From the IMG/VR virus record IMGVR_UViG_3300022536_000073, positions 1 through 63,545 of that record: a stretch of 63,545 bases of DNA. One strand, 5' to 3'. This stretch comes from a virus. Lineage: Duplodnaviria; Caudoviricetes. Under the pieces are notes generated by a model that ran no database searches, had not been told where the DNA came from, and worked only from the letters and a program-made list of their open reading frames with translations. Positions 1 through 10,137 of the stretch are shown here, piece by piece; the first letter of the stretch is position 1; the number at the start of each line of letters is the position of its first letter. The position numbers and the translations under genes were made by a program.

Positions 1-2
1 CC

Positions 3-1763
3 ATATCGTGGTGTTTGTACGGAAAAATCCCAAAAGAAGCTAAGATGGACGATGTGATATCTCATGGGGACAGATCCTGTGACGTCGAAGTAGTATTCGA
101 GGACGGAACTATTGTTAAGAGAACTCGAGGACCCAACACCCTAGATATTATGCAACCGACTCTGAACTACGACGATAATTTCACCAGCATTAAAGGTAAA
201 GATGCTCGCGAGACTCAGACTATAATAGAGAAGTATGTCGGAGTATCCTTTGAGACCTTTTGTCAGACTGTTTACTTCGCGCAAAACTACACTAAGAAAT
301 TCATCACCTCTAACCAAGAGGACAAAGCTAAGATCTTGTCGGAAGTCCAAGATTTAAAGATTTTCGATCGCGCTCGAAAAGAGGTAGTAACTCTACTTAA
401 AGCCAACGAAAAGCAACTCCAAGATCTTAAGCACAGTTTAGCGTTGCAAACCAAAGAACTAGAGTTAAATAAGCGAGATATAGAGGCCGAACGGACAAAG
501 TTAACTCATGCCAAAGAACAGTATGAACAAAAAATAAAAGCAGTTCAAGACCGTATTGCCGCAGAGGAAAAAGAACTAAATCCAGCTGAGGCTTCCTATG
601 AGGAACTTTTAAAAACAGTAGTCGGTTTTACACATGATCAAGAACTAGAGGAAACATTAATCGCACAACAAGATTCGTTGAGTCGGGAAGGCGCTGTACT
701 CGAAGCCCAGAAGGCTGACTACCAGACGATGCTCCAACGCAGGGAAATGAATGAACTTCACGCTAAAAGTATAGCGGGCCGATACAAGGAAGCTGAGGCG
801 AGGGCAGCAGAACTCAGTAAATCAATTCAGAATCCAACCAAGACCTGCCATTATTGTGGCTCCGAGATGAGCAATACAGACACTAGTCATGCGGAGGCTG
901 AACTACTAAAAGTGATCAATATGAAAAACGGACTTCGTGAGGAGTTGGTAAGTTTGGGGAAAGATCTCCAGACTCCTTTGCAGTCTAAAGAGAACTTGAC
1001 TCAACTATTAAAAGATAATTCTGAAAAACAAGTAGATGTTCGAAACCAATTAAACGAGATTCGAATAAAAAAAGAGAGCATGGTGAAAACAGAAGCACAT
1101 CTCCAAGCATTACGTCGAACTATAGATCTAAAAAAATCTAATCTTCAGGAACTTAAAAATGCTTTGACCATGATCCCAGCTCCCGACGTTGACGACACTA
1201 AGTTATCGGGATTAACGAGTCAGCGGAGGGTGATTAAAGATTCTATAAGGGATGTTTCCGTTCTTATAGAGGACAAAACTAATCATGAGGGTCGTCTAGA
1301 ACTATTAAAGGAAGGGTTCAAGAATATTAAATCTTACGTCTTTAATACGATCTTAAATGAGATTAATGCCCGGGTGCATGCGCACCTTTCGCACTTATTC
1401 GAAGTTCCAGTAACTGTACGGTTCAGAAACGACAACATGAAGATCGCCACCGATGTTACTTTTAATGGTGCTGAGCGAGGTCTGGGCCTTCTAAGTGGGG
1501 GGCAATTTCGCCGGGTAAGTCTGGCGGTAGATCTGGCATTGTCAGACGTCACCACGGCCCGTAAGGACGCAAAGATTGGAATGTTAATTCTAGATGAGTA
1601 TTTCAAAGATTTAAGTGAGACGAGTATGGAAAAATGCTTAACTTTGTTAGAGAGCCGGAGGCAGCCCGTATTGCTAATTGAGCATAATTCAATTTTTAAG
1701 AATATCGTCACTAATACGGTAACTGTGCGATTAGAAAACGGAGTATCGCGTGTCGAAACTTAA
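3..1763 (+). CDS. SbcC/Rad50-like (T4 gp46-like) recombination ATPase, 5' truncated by the window edge
   Basis: Frame is open to the window edge (ISWCLYGK...). Long coiled coil with CHYC zinc hook, LSGGQ signature and MLILDE Walker B. Confidence 0.9.
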   Translation: MSWCLYGKIPKEAKMDDVISHGDRSCDVEVVFEDGTIVKRTRGPNTLDIMQPTLNYDDNFTSIKGKDARETQTIIEKYVGVSFETFCQTVYFAQNYTKKFITSNQEDKAKILSEVQDLKIFDRARKEVVTLLKANEKQLQDLKHSLALQTKELELNKRDIEAERTKLTHAKEQYEQKIKAVQDRIAAEEKELNPAEASYEELLKTVVGFTHDQELEETLIAQQDSLSREGAVLEAQKADYQTMLQRREMNELHAKSIAGRYKEAEARAAELSKSIQNPTKTCHYCGSEMSNTDTSHAEAELLKVINMKNGLREELVSLGKDLQTPLQSKENLTQLLKDNSEKQVDVRNQLNEIRIKKESMVKTEAHLQALRRTIDLKKSNLQELKNALTMIPAPDVDDTKLSGLTSQRRVIKDSIRDVSVLIEDKTNHEGRLELLKEGFKNIKSYVFNTILNEINARVHAHLSHLFEVPVTVRFRNDNMKIATDVTFNGAERGLGLLSGGQFRRVSLAVDLALSDVTTARKDAKIGMLILDEYFKDLSETSMEKCLTLLESRRQPVLLIEHNSIFKNIVTNTVTVRLENGVSRVET

Positions 1764-2172
1764 AGTAGTGAGCTCTTCTAATGTGAGGGTCCTTTCGTCT
1801 AGAGCAATGGAGATTATGGAGTTAGAGGGGTTAATAAAACTAAAGGCTAATCCCACAAACCGGGATCGCATTGTTTTTGCGTATCATTTTTGTAGACTGG
1901 GAAACCCTTTAAAGGCCCAGGTACAGTTAAACCTACTTTCTGAGGACTATTTTGAAAACGAAATCTTTAGAGACCTTTGGAAAGCTATGTTAGCTTTCTC
2001 TTTCAGAACTACCTCACCACAAGCTTTTACGGGAAATATGGGCAGGGCTTTTGAATATTTCTTGATTATCAGAAAAGTGGAAAAAGTGTTTTTGGATCTC
2101 AATTTCAAACTTAAGTCGAATTTTTTGAAGTTTATTGCTGAGTTTAATAAAGATTGCTTTTTTACAGAGTAG
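1750..2172 (+). CDS. hypothetical protein
   Basis: ORF overlapping the preceding stop; no recognised motif. Confidence 0.55.
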   Translation: MSKLKVVSSSNVRVLSSRAMEIMELEGLIKLKANPTNRDRIVFAYHFCRLGNPLKAQVQLNLLSEDYFENEIFRDLWKAMLAFSFRTTSPQAFTGNMGRAFEYFLIIRKVEKVFLDLNFKLKSNFLKFIAEFNKDCFFTE

Positions 2173-2197
2173 CTTTAATTAGGTACAATAAGAGGGT

Positions 2198-2512
2198 ATG
2201 CCCCTAAAATACTTTAAAAATAAGGATACAGGTGAGATCCGAAGAAGTTTAAAAAGTCTAGACCCAGAACTCTGGGAAGAGGTTATTTGCGCCCCTAACC
2301 AAAAATTCATGGTTTCTGCAAACAAGGCTACCGGAAAGTCTAAACTAAAAGATGCTACCAAAGTCTTAACTGAACGAGCCCGGAACCACTCCAGAGAACA
2401 CGATCTGGATGAGGTTATCCAACTTAACCGGGCTAACGGTCTAAAAGCGCAAGTTAAGCAATCTTTTCTAAATGAAAAAGGGGAACGAAGAAAAAAGGTG
2501 GACGATATCTAA
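2198..2512 (+). CDS. hypothetical protein
   Basis: 104 aa ORF with TAATG coupling to the next gene. Confidence 0.6.
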   Translation: MPLKYFKNKDTGEIRRSLKSLDPELWEEVICAPNQKFMVSANKATGKSKLKDATKVLTERARNHSREHDLDEVIQLNRANGLKAQVKQSFLNEKGERRKKVDDI

Positions 2513-3144
2513 TGAAACGACGTCCAATTTTTTTCACTAGCGATCTACACATAGGGCACAAGACCGTACTGAACCCCACTTTCGATAATCGACCTTTTAC
2601 TGATCTAGACCACATGCACAGGGTCTTAGTTAATAACTTTAACGCAACGGTCCCGGAAGACGGAATAACCTATTTTTTAGGGGATGTAGGTCTTTGTAAA
2701 AAAGCCACGGTAAAGGACATAGTGAAGTCTTTGAACGGGACAAAGATATTGGTAACGGGTAACCATGATAGAGGGGCTAACTCCATGTTGGACGTTGGCT
2801 TCGATTTGGTAACTCATGGGGTTAAGTTGGTGATTGCCAATCGAATAGTCACTCTCTCACACTGCCCTCTTCAAGGGGTCTGGCGGGAAGATACTAGAGG
2901 GATGCTGGGGACTGATGGGACAGAAAACTGGCACGGGGAAAAACGCCACAAAAGATTCAGCTTCTCAGATGAGGGCCAGTTCCACCTCCACGGCCACATC
3001 CACTCCCCCAATCGAGGCAAGTCACAAAAAACTCTCGGAAAACAGTATGACGTGGGGGTAACTGCAAATAATTATAGGCCCGTATCAATCTCCCAAATCG
3101 AGGCTTGGATTTCCGCATATGAAAAAAACTCTACTAAGCCTTGA
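2512..3144 (+). CDS. calcineurin-like metallophosphoesterase
   Basis: SDLH, LGD, GNHD, HCP and HGHIH motifs. Confidence 0.9.
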   Translation: MKRRPIFFTSDLHIGHKTVLNPTFDNRPFTDLDHMHRVLVNNFNATVPEDGITYFLGDVGLCKKATVKDIVKSLNGTKILVTGNHDRGANSMLDVGFDLVTHGVKLVIANRIVTLSHCPLQGVWREDTRGMLGTDGTENWHGEKRHKRFSFSDEGQFHLHGHIHSPNRGKSQKTLGKQYDVGVTANNYRPVSISQIEAWISAYEKNSTKP

Positions 3145-3727
3145 TATGAGCACGACCTGTACGGGTTGGGCTCTTTTCGACATAGAGTCAAAAGAACTCC
3201 TTGCTTATGATAAACTTAAACCTTCCGTAAAAGGGGGGTCAAAGATGACATACCCCCGAGCACAGCTAGAACGCATGAAAAGTATTGCCGAGCAGATCTT
3301 GGGCTTAGTAGAGTCCTACAAGCCCCACGGCATTGTGATAGAAGAGATTACGGGCTCTAAACAACGATTGGGACAAAAAACTCTCGACGGCCTTCACTTC
3401 ATTGTGGCCTATTATTTGCAAGAATATTTAGATATAGTGTCCTATTATGACGTCACGGGACTCAATGGTTGGAGAACCCATTTAAATCTGAGACTTAGTG
3501 ATGCGGATAAAGCCTCAAATAAAGAGAGTAAAAAACTTAACAAAAAGCTGCCTCCTAGACAAAAACTACCCATCATAGGTCCGAAACACTTAGCATGCAG
3601 GCACGCAAACAGACGTTTTGGCATGAATCTTGATGTAGAGGTCACAAAAACAGATGCCGATATAGCTGACGCTCTTTGCCTGGGGGACGCTTTTTTGAAA
3701 TTTAGGTTTACAGAGTTAATATTCTAA
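3119..3727 (+). CDS. RuvC-like Holliday junction resolvase
   Basis: LSLDMSTTCTGWA, IVIEE and DIADA acidic motifs. Confidence 0.8.
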   Translation: MKKTLLSLDMSTTCTGWALFDIESKELLAYDKLKPSVKGGSKMTYPRAQLERMKSIAEQILGLVESYKPHGIVIEEITGSKQRLGQKTLDGLHFIVAYYLQEYLDIVSYYDVTGLNGWRTHLNLRLSDADKASNKESKKLNKKLPPRQKLPIIGPKHLACRHANRRFGMNLDVEVTKTDADIADALCLGDAFLKFRFTELIF

Positions 3728-3742
3728 CGTAGGATTTATATT

Positions 3743-4150
3743 ATGGACGATAAGACATCAATGCAAGCTCAGGGTCTAAAGTGGCTGTACGAAATGCAGC
3801 TAGTAGGGGACACTCAGCTGATAAATAACTTAAAGTTAAATATTTTAAGTATCTCTAAAAATATCAAAGAGATAGAAATCCTAACGTCGTCTTCCCATAA
3901 AGCTATGTTGGTGTATCTAGAATTATCCTTTTTGGGAAAGCTTTTTTACAAAAAACGCTTAACAATCGAGGTCTTAGATCTCTTAAAAAATTCTTTATCA
4001 CAGTACCGATTTAGGGTTACTTGTGATAAGCTAGTATTTAACCAGGCTGTTAGTAACGTAAAGAGAGCTTTATCTAATCTACCTAGCGGAGGGGAAAATG
4101 AAAACACTACTGACGATCCTAGCGATCTTCCCGACAACAGTTCTAGCTAA
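3743..4150 (+). CDS. hypothetical protein
   Basis: 135 aa ORF in the operon. Confidence 0.55.
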   Translation: MDDKTSMQAQGLKWLYEMQLVGDTQLINNLKLNILSISKNIKEIEILTSSSHKAMLVYLELSFLGKLFYKKRLTIEVLDLLKNSLSQYRFRVTCDKLVFNQAVSNVKRALSNLPSGGENENTTDDPSDLPDNSSS

Positions 4151-4709
4151 ACCACAAACCACAATAAGTTGCGAAAAACATCCGATCTTCTGTGATATTT
4201 TGACAGTAAAACCATCCATAAACCGAAGTTATGCGATGGAACTTTCTAACTATATTAATAAGTGGTCCTCTTATTACGGTACCAATCCCAAACACTCCGT
4301 GGCTATTGCTATGCAAGAGTCAAGTCTTATTAACCAAGACCGCAAAGGGACCGTTATCACAAAAGAGGGGAAAAAGGTTAGAGGGGTGACGGATGTCGGG
4401 GTTTTTCAAATTCACATAGAAACCATAGCTAATATGAATGAGCGTCTTAATTGGGAGATTGATTTCCAGAGACTGCGGTCTGATATCGAATATCAAACCC
4501 AAATCCACACAAGAGTGCTTCGGCGGAAAATTAAGATCTGCAGTTCTGCGAAATACAAAAAGAAGTTAAAAGTTAAGTCAGGGCGGGAATGGGCGTGTTA
4601 TCACTCTTTCACTCCCAAAAAGCGGGCAATCTATTTCAAGGATGTTAGTGAGCACTTGAATAAGATCTCGAACCCGATTCTGTTCGCGAGAGCCCCCAAC
4701 TCTCTATAG
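4098..4709 (+). CDS. SLT-type lytic transglycosylase with signal peptide
   Basis: Hydrophobic N-terminus; AIAMQESS catalytic Glu motif; DVGVFQI motif. Confidence 0.75.
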   Translation: MKTLLTILAIFPTTVLAKPQTTISCEKHPIFCDILTVKPSINRSYAMELSNYINKWSSYYGTNPKHSVAIAMQESSLINQDRKGTVITKEGKKVRGVTDVGVFQIHIETIANMNERLNWEIDFQRLRSDIEYQTQIHTRVLRRKIKICSSAKYKKKLKVKSGREWACYHSFTPKKRAIYFKDVSEHLNKISNPILFARAPNSL

Positions 4710-4730
4710 ACCCTCGATTCCCCTTATTTT

Positions 4731-4739
4731 TGGTATAAT
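4731..4739 (+). promoter_or_regulatory. putative late promoter TGGTATAAT
   Basis: Recurring intergenic motif, here upstream of the small terminase. Confidence 0.65.
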
Positions 4740-4761
4740 TTACCTAGAATAGGAGGTTCTA

Positions 4762-5382
4762 GTGTCAGAAGATCGGGATAGCGATAAAAAATACTACTTA
4801 GTCCCCCAAAAAGAGTCCGGAAAAGCTAGACATCCCGTTTCTGTGGATGTCGTGAAAAGTGCCTTTATTGCGGAAGGCCTGACCGTTGAAGAAATCTCTA
4901 GCCGATATTTCCTCTCCCAAGAAATTGTTCAAAAGGTAGTAGCAGACCATAAGCTGCAAGAACTCCGGAATGCTTATATAAGACAAGGCATCGCCAAAAT
5001 ACAAAACGTGCAGTTGGGGCAAGCCCAAGAGTTACTAGACGTAGAGCTTGGATTCAAAAAGATGCGGTTAGTTCAACTACAGTCCAAGCTACAGGACTAT
5101 ATGGCCTACTACGCTCGTCATAACGATTTTTATAAAAGACATCCGGTAACTGGAGATATCCTAAAGGATACTGATGGGATACCCATGCAGCTGAACATCC
5201 CAAATGTTGCGAGAGAGATTAACCAACTCAAGGAAAGTGTAACCCTCTCCGAAGGTCTCAAAAAATTGATGTCAGACCTGGACTCACTCATAAACAGTAA
5301 GCCAGAACCTGAATCGATTGATGGCGACGGGGACGTAATCGACATGGAAGAAGTCGATAAGTATTTTCGAAAGAAAGTTTAA
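4762..5382 (+). CDS. probable terminase small subunit
   Basis: N-terminal HTH-like segment, helical body, position upstream of the large terminase. Confidence 0.55.
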   Translation: MSEDRDSDKKYYLVPQKESGKARHPVSVDVVKSAFIAEGLTVEEISSRYFLSQEIVQKVVADHKLQELRNAYIRQGIAKIQNVQLGQAQELLDVELGFKKMRLVQLQSKLQDYMAYYARHNDFYKRHPVTGDILKDTDGIPMQLNIPNVAREINQLKESVTLSEGLKKLMSDLDSLINSKPEPESIDGDGDVIDMEEVDKYFRKKV

Positions 5383-6041
5383 TGGATTACCGACAACACT
5401 ATAACAACCTGATAGAAAAAAGAAAAATAAGTATCCCAGAGGGTTATGGGGAGGTGCATCATATCGTACCTAAATGTATGGGAGGCTCAAATAAAAAATC
5501 TAATTTAATAAAACTAACCCCTCGAGAACATTTTTTCGCCCATTTGCTATTAGCGAAAGTTTATAAGGGAAAGCTTTGGGCAGCCGTTAACAGAATGATG
5601 AACTCTAATGTTCACAATAGTAGGGAATATGCCTGGGCTAGAAAAAACTTTTCTAAAAGTATTCAAGGCCCTGGAAATGGGCGGTATGGGAAGTTAGTGA
5701 CTGAAGAGACTAGACAAAAAATTTCTAAAAAAAATAAAGGAAAACCTTGTCCAAAACACGTAAAAGAAATAGCGTCCAAGACCCACCTAGGGAGAAAACA
5801 ACCTTATAAAGAGCGGTCTAATAAAGCGAGGGCAAGAGGTGGTCGACCCTTCAAAGTGTACAGAGCAACCGTTGTGGGAAGTAACCCAAGATGGCAGAGA
5901 GTCTATAAAGAAGAATTAGTAGGAATTTGGGAGATCCAAAGAGAGTGTTCTAAGGACCTAGGCATTCCCCACCAACCTATCAATAAATGTCTTAGAGGGA
6001 TAGGGAAACACGTTAAAGGGTTTGTTTTCGAATGGATATAG
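5382..6041 (+). CDS. free-standing HNH homing endonuclease with NUMOD3-like repeats
   Basis: EVHHIVPKCMGGSN...NLIKLTPREHFFAHLLL and ETRQKIS motifs. Confidence 0.9.
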   Translation: MDYRQHYNNLIEKRKISIPEGYGEVHHIVPKCMGGSNKKSNLIKLTPREHFFAHLLLAKVYKGKLWAAVNRMMNSNVHNSREYAWARKNFSKSIQGPGNGRYGKLVTEETRQKISKKNKGKPCPKHVKEIASKTHLGRKQPYKERSNKARARGGRPFKVYRATVVGSNPRWQRVYKEELVGIWEIQRECSKDLGIPHQPINKCLRGIGKHVKGFVFEWI

Positions 6042-7867
6042 GGAAGTTACCAGATAAACAGTTTGCGGCTTTGTATAGTAAAATTATACAAAAGATTAAG
6101 GCAGACCCTATAGAAAATTTCGTGAAGGCCGGGGGTTTTATCGACCTAGAACCCACTGCCGCTCAAGAGGTGATCCTTAAAGTAGTCTTTCAAAAAAAGC
6201 TAGATCCTATAACAAAAAAACAAGTCCGAATTGAATCAGAGACAGAGGATGGGAGTTTTTTACTTCTAGATACCCTAATGACTGAGGTCGAGCTTTACGA
6301 GTTCATGACCGAGAAGGCGTACGACCCTAAAAAAATCGAAGAAGTCAAGGTTAATAAAATCAACTTAATCTGTGGTCGACGTTCTGGTAAAACACTTTTA
6401 TCCGCTATTATTGCTATCTATTGTTCGATTTCCAATAACTGGAAGCCTTTTTTGAAAAAGACACCATTTGCGACAGTTCTAGTGATGTCACACTCTCGAG
6501 AGTTTTCTGATGAGATTTTAGATGTTATCAAAAGTTTAGTAGAAAACTCCCCCATCCTAACGAGGTTGATTAATAAGAAAGCGAAGCAAACATCATCAAC
6601 TTTTAATCTAAGAGTTCCTTGGATAGAAAAAAATAAAATTATTTATTCCAGAGTTCAGATTAAGGTCGGAGCGGCCTCAAGTAAGACAACTCGGGGTGTT
6701 GCGGCATGTACGGTCCTGTTGGATGAGATCGCATATTTTAACTTAGATGAAAATATGAAAGAAACTGACGTCAAAATTCTAAAAGCTGTTAGACCCGCCC
6801 TAAAACAGTTCGGTTCCTTGGCGATGTTGATTAAACTCTCTTCCCCCGGCATTAAGCAGGGGGTTTTGTATAGCGAATATGAGATGAACAAAAAGGGAAC
6901 TCTCCCACAATCCTACGCTGTGTTTAAGGCCCCAAGCTGGATGATGAATAATATCCTACCTAAAGAAGAGTTTTATGAAGAGGAGAAACTCGATCCAGAC
7001 GGGTTCGATACTGAGTACCGTTCAAATTTCGCGGACTCCTTAAGTAACTTCATCATGCCTCAGTACATCGATTTAGCTAAGCAAAATGGGCTAAAATTCC
7101 TACCCCCCAAAGACGAGGAAAAAGACATTAAATACTTCGCATCCATCGATGCGGCGTTTAAAAAGGATAAGTTCACTTTCAGTCTCGTGTCGGTATCGGA
7201 AAACCGAGTCACTCAACACGTGATTATGGGTTGGGAGGGTAGCAGAAAACAGCCCGTAAAAGCACATACTGTGGCCCAATGGGTTAGAAACGTTATTAGA
7301 ACCTTTCCTGTAGACTATGTAGCTGCCGACCAGTTCGCCTTCCAACCCCTAAAAGAGATTTTTGATCAATATGGAGTAACTCTTAGGGAGTATACTTTTA
7401 GCGCCAAATTCAAGAAACAAATTTACTTTAACTTGAAAAAGTTAATCCATTCCCAACAACTCGACCTCTTAGACCACGAATTGCAGGCGAAAGAGCTCAA
7501 AGAGTTAATCGTAGAGCAGTCTGCAACGGGTAATATCAAGATCGGACATCCTGCAGCAGGCTCAGACGACTTCGCGGATTCCTTGGCGGTTTCGACCTTC
7601 CTTGCTACGGAGGGGCAATCTAAAGGGAAATTCGAGTTTGAAGCACTGGGTGGAGGCAAAGACTACGGAATTCAGACAGACGCTAACGGGGTTGCGTTTA
7701 AGGCCCCCTCGGCTGATATGTTGGTCTCTTCGGGACATTTGGCAGAGAATATCATGGATAACTCCGCTCTTTACGGTAAGGACCCTGTAGACGGTAAACT
7801 GAAGCGTCGGGAGGACTTTATTGGGGGAGACGACGATGACGACAGTGCTCATTTTAGTTTCGGCTAG
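6032..7867 (+). CDS. terL: terminase large subunit
   Basis: GRRSGKT Walker A, VLLDE Walker B, and a C-terminal nuclease domain (ASIDAA, DDFADS). Confidence 0.93.
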   Translation: MDIGKLPDKQFAALYSKIIQKIKADPIENFVKAGGFIDLEPTAAQEVILKVVFQKKLDPITKKQVRIESETEDGSFLLLDTLMTEVELYEFMTEKAYDPKKIEEVKVNKINLICGRRSGKTLLSAIIAIYCSISNNWKPFLKKTPFATVLVMSHSREFSDEILDVIKSLVENSPILTRLINKKAKQTSSTFNLRVPWIEKNKIIYSRVQIKVGAASSKTTRGVAACTVLLDEIAYFNLDENMKETDVKILKAVRPALKQFGSLAMLIKLSSPGIKQGVLYSEYEMNKKGTLPQSYAVFKAPSWMMNNILPKEEFYEEEKLDPDGFDTEYRSNFADSLSNFIMPQYIDLAKQNGLKFLPPKDEEKDIKYFASIDAAFKKDKFTFSLVSVSENRVTQHVIMGWEGSRKQPVKAHTVAQWVRNVIRTFPVDYVAADQFAFQPLKEIFDQYGVTLREYTFSAKFKKQIYFNLKKLIHSQQLDLLDHELQAKELKELIVEQSATGNIKIGHPAAGSDDFADSLAVSTFLATEGQSKGKFEFEALGGGKDYGIQTDANGVAFKAPSADMLVSSGHLAENIMDNSALYGKDPVDGKLKRREDFIGGDDDDDSAHFSFG

Positions 7868-7875
7868 GTCTTTTT

Positions 7876-7884
7876 TGATATAAT
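7876..7884 (+). promoter_or_regulatory. putative late promoter TGATATAAT
   Basis: Motif upstream of the portal gene. Confidence 0.6.
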
Positions 7885-7924
7885 TTAAAAAGTATAGTCC
7901 CATAGTTATAGGAAAATTAATATA

Positions 7925-9904
7925 ATGTCAGACCAAGGTTCGGATAACAAAAAACCCTCTATTTTTCAAAAAGCCTTAGAAATGGGATCCGTTTGGATGG
8001 ATACTCAAATTCTCAAGGCCAAAAGCGAGGTTATGAACCAGATCGATAACTCCGATTTTGACTTTGGTAAGGCCGTCACTGAGGACCCCAGTTACGCTAT
8101 CAATGCCTCGGGATGGAAAGATAAGCCACACAGACTCCAAAACGGACATTTGAAGCAGATGTCTCTGAAGAGTTCTCCGGTTTCAGCTGTTATCCAAACC
8201 CGTCAAAATCAAGTCGCAAATCACTCAAAATTAGTTAAGTCAGAAAAAGAACGGGGTTGGATGCTTTGTCTGCGGGACGAAGAACAACTTTTAGAAAAAA
8301 TTAAAGAAGAGCTAAAAGCTGAAATGGACTCTCAGAATACCCCCGCAGGTAGCGAAATACTACCCGATGAGGTAGAAAAGTCGACCATTCTCAGAAAATC
8401 GGATGAAATTGAGACCGACGGGGAAATAGAGACGGATCCTTCCAAAGACGGTAAGTCGGACGACGCCGTAGAGGCATACAACTGGGAGCTCGAGCGCAAG
8501 GCCCGGGAGAAGCTAGAAGAGCAGTTCTCAAAGGACCGCAAAAGAGCTCAAGACTACATCCTTAATTGTGGTGAAGACGTTTCTAAGAAACCTTTTGAGT
8601 ATCGAAAGTGGAATTTTGACTCAATTCTCCGTGCTTGGGTACGAGATACCCTAACTTACGATCTCTATGCCACGGAGGTGGTTCCCAATAAACTAAACAA
8701 ACCCAGTTATTTTTTCCCTGTAGATGGGGCCACGGTTAAGTTTGCTTCAAATCGACTAAAGGACTACAAAGAAGTAGCTGAAAATTTCCTAAATTTAGAC
8801 ATTCTTTATCCAGAAAAAAAGACCGAAGCTATTGAAAAGCAAAAGGTCCTAGACTTAGATCAGAAGCTACTGGCAGAAGACCTGTATAAGTATGTTCAAG
8901 TAATCCGTGGGAAGATTGAGCGCGCATATACCGATGACGAGCTCAAGGTGGGGATTAGAAACCAAACCACGGATATCTACAACAACGGTTACGGGATTTC
9001 AGAGCTAGAACTGGTAGTAAGTCTCGTCACCGGACACCTAAACGCAGAGTTCTATAACCAAGCCTATTTCACTCAAGGTTTTTCCGCTAAAGGTATTCTC
9101 CACGTTAAAGCTGACCTCAACCCACGTAAATTGGAGACTTTGAGACAAAAGTGGCAGCACATGGTCCGGGGAGCACGTAACTCTTTTCAGACCCCTATTC
9201 TGGCAGGACTAGAGGGTGTGGAGTGGATCCCTCTAACCCAAAACCACGCTGATATCGGTTTTGAGAGTTGGATGCGCTATTTGATTAAAATGATTTGTGC
9301 TATTTATCAAATCGAGCCACATGAGATTGGGCTTGGTTTTAAAGATGAGGGTAGCGGGGGTATGTCGGGAGACAATACCAAAGAAAAGATGAACCAATCG
9401 AAAGATAAAGGTCTATACCCACTTCTCAGACACATTGAGAACTACATAAACGAGGAAATCCTAAAGCCTTATGATGACCGGTTCATCTTAAAGTTTACTG
9501 GAGTTACCTCCGAATCCCAGGCAGAAGCTTTGGATCGTCAAGAGCGCGAAAGTAAGTTTAAAAAGACCCTAAATGAAGTCCGTTCTGAGGACGGTTTACC
9601 CCCTATCCCAGGAGGGGACGAGATCATTTTGGGAACGGAATACATGCAGTGGTATCTACAAATGAGCCCTAAAGCCTTAGAACAACAAGAAGCCTCCCAA
9701 CAAGATGCTATGGGGGGAACTCTCGGAGATATGCCAGAATACGATGATCCGTTTTCGGATATTACCGAAGACTCGCTAATGCGAGAGGAGGATCTGGAAA
9801 ACGGGATCCTATCCCCAGAAGTAGAAGACTCTATGGAAAAGTCTACAAAGGGCAAGAAAACCCCAAAAAAAGTTAAAATCGAATACTACAAACTGGAGGA
9901 CTAA
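7925..9904 (+). CDS. portal protein
   Basis: YGISELE, YFTQG, KGIL and KTLNEVR...GLPPIPGGD portal motifs; follows terL. Confidence 0.92.
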   Translation: MSDQGSDNKKPSIFQKALEMGSVWMDTQILKAKSEVMNQIDNSDFDFGKAVTEDPSYAINASGWKDKPHRLQNGHLKQMSLKSSPVSAVIQTRQNQVANHSKLVKSEKERGWMLCLRDEEQLLEKIKEELKAEMDSQNTPAGSEILPDEVEKSTILRKSDEIETDGEIETDPSKDGKSDDAVEAYNWELERKAREKLEEQFSKDRKRAQDYILNCGEDVSKKPFEYRKWNFDSILRAWVRDTLTYDLYATEVVPNKLNKPSYFFPVDGATVKFASNRLKDYKEVAENFLNLDILYPEKKTEAIEKQKVLDLDQKLLAEDLYKYVQVIRGKIERAYTDDELKVGIRNQTTDIYNNGYGISELELVVSLVTGHLNAEFYNQAYFTQGFSAKGILHVKADLNPRKLETLRQKWQHMVRGARNSFQTPILAGLEGVEWIPLTQNHADIGFESWMRYLIKMICAIYQIEPHEIGLGFKDEGSGGMSGDNTKEKMNQSKDKGLYPLLRHIENYINEEILKPYDDRFILKFTGVTSESQAEALDRQERESKFKKTLNEVRSEDGLPPIPGGDEIILGTEYMQWYLQMSPKALEQQEASQQDAMGGTLGDMPEYDDPFSDITEDSLMREEDLENGILSPEVEDSMEKSTKGKKTPKKVKIEYYKLED

Positions 9905-9909
9905 AAACT

Positions 9910-10134
9910 ATGGCGAAAGTTAAAGTCTTTTTAGAAAAAGGTGAAACGGAATTAGACGCTCAGATAGCCATAGAAAAAGCCCTCCAACTGCACTCAAGCG
10001 GGGACATTCACACCGAGTCCTTTGAGGACCCCGCTATGATTCATGCCCAACAACGCTTTGAGGAAATCCACGATCGGATCTATAAGGAAATGTTAGATGA
10101 GATCATGGATGAGTTGGATAAGGAGTATTCCTAA
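9910..10134 (+). CDS. small hypothetical (possible head) protein
   Basis: ORF between the portal and MuF-like genes. Confidence 0.55.
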   Translation: MAKVKVFLEKGETELDAQIAIEKALQLHSSGDIHTESFEDPAMIHAQQRFEEIHDRIYKEMLDEIMDELDKEYS

Positions 10135-10137
10135 GCC

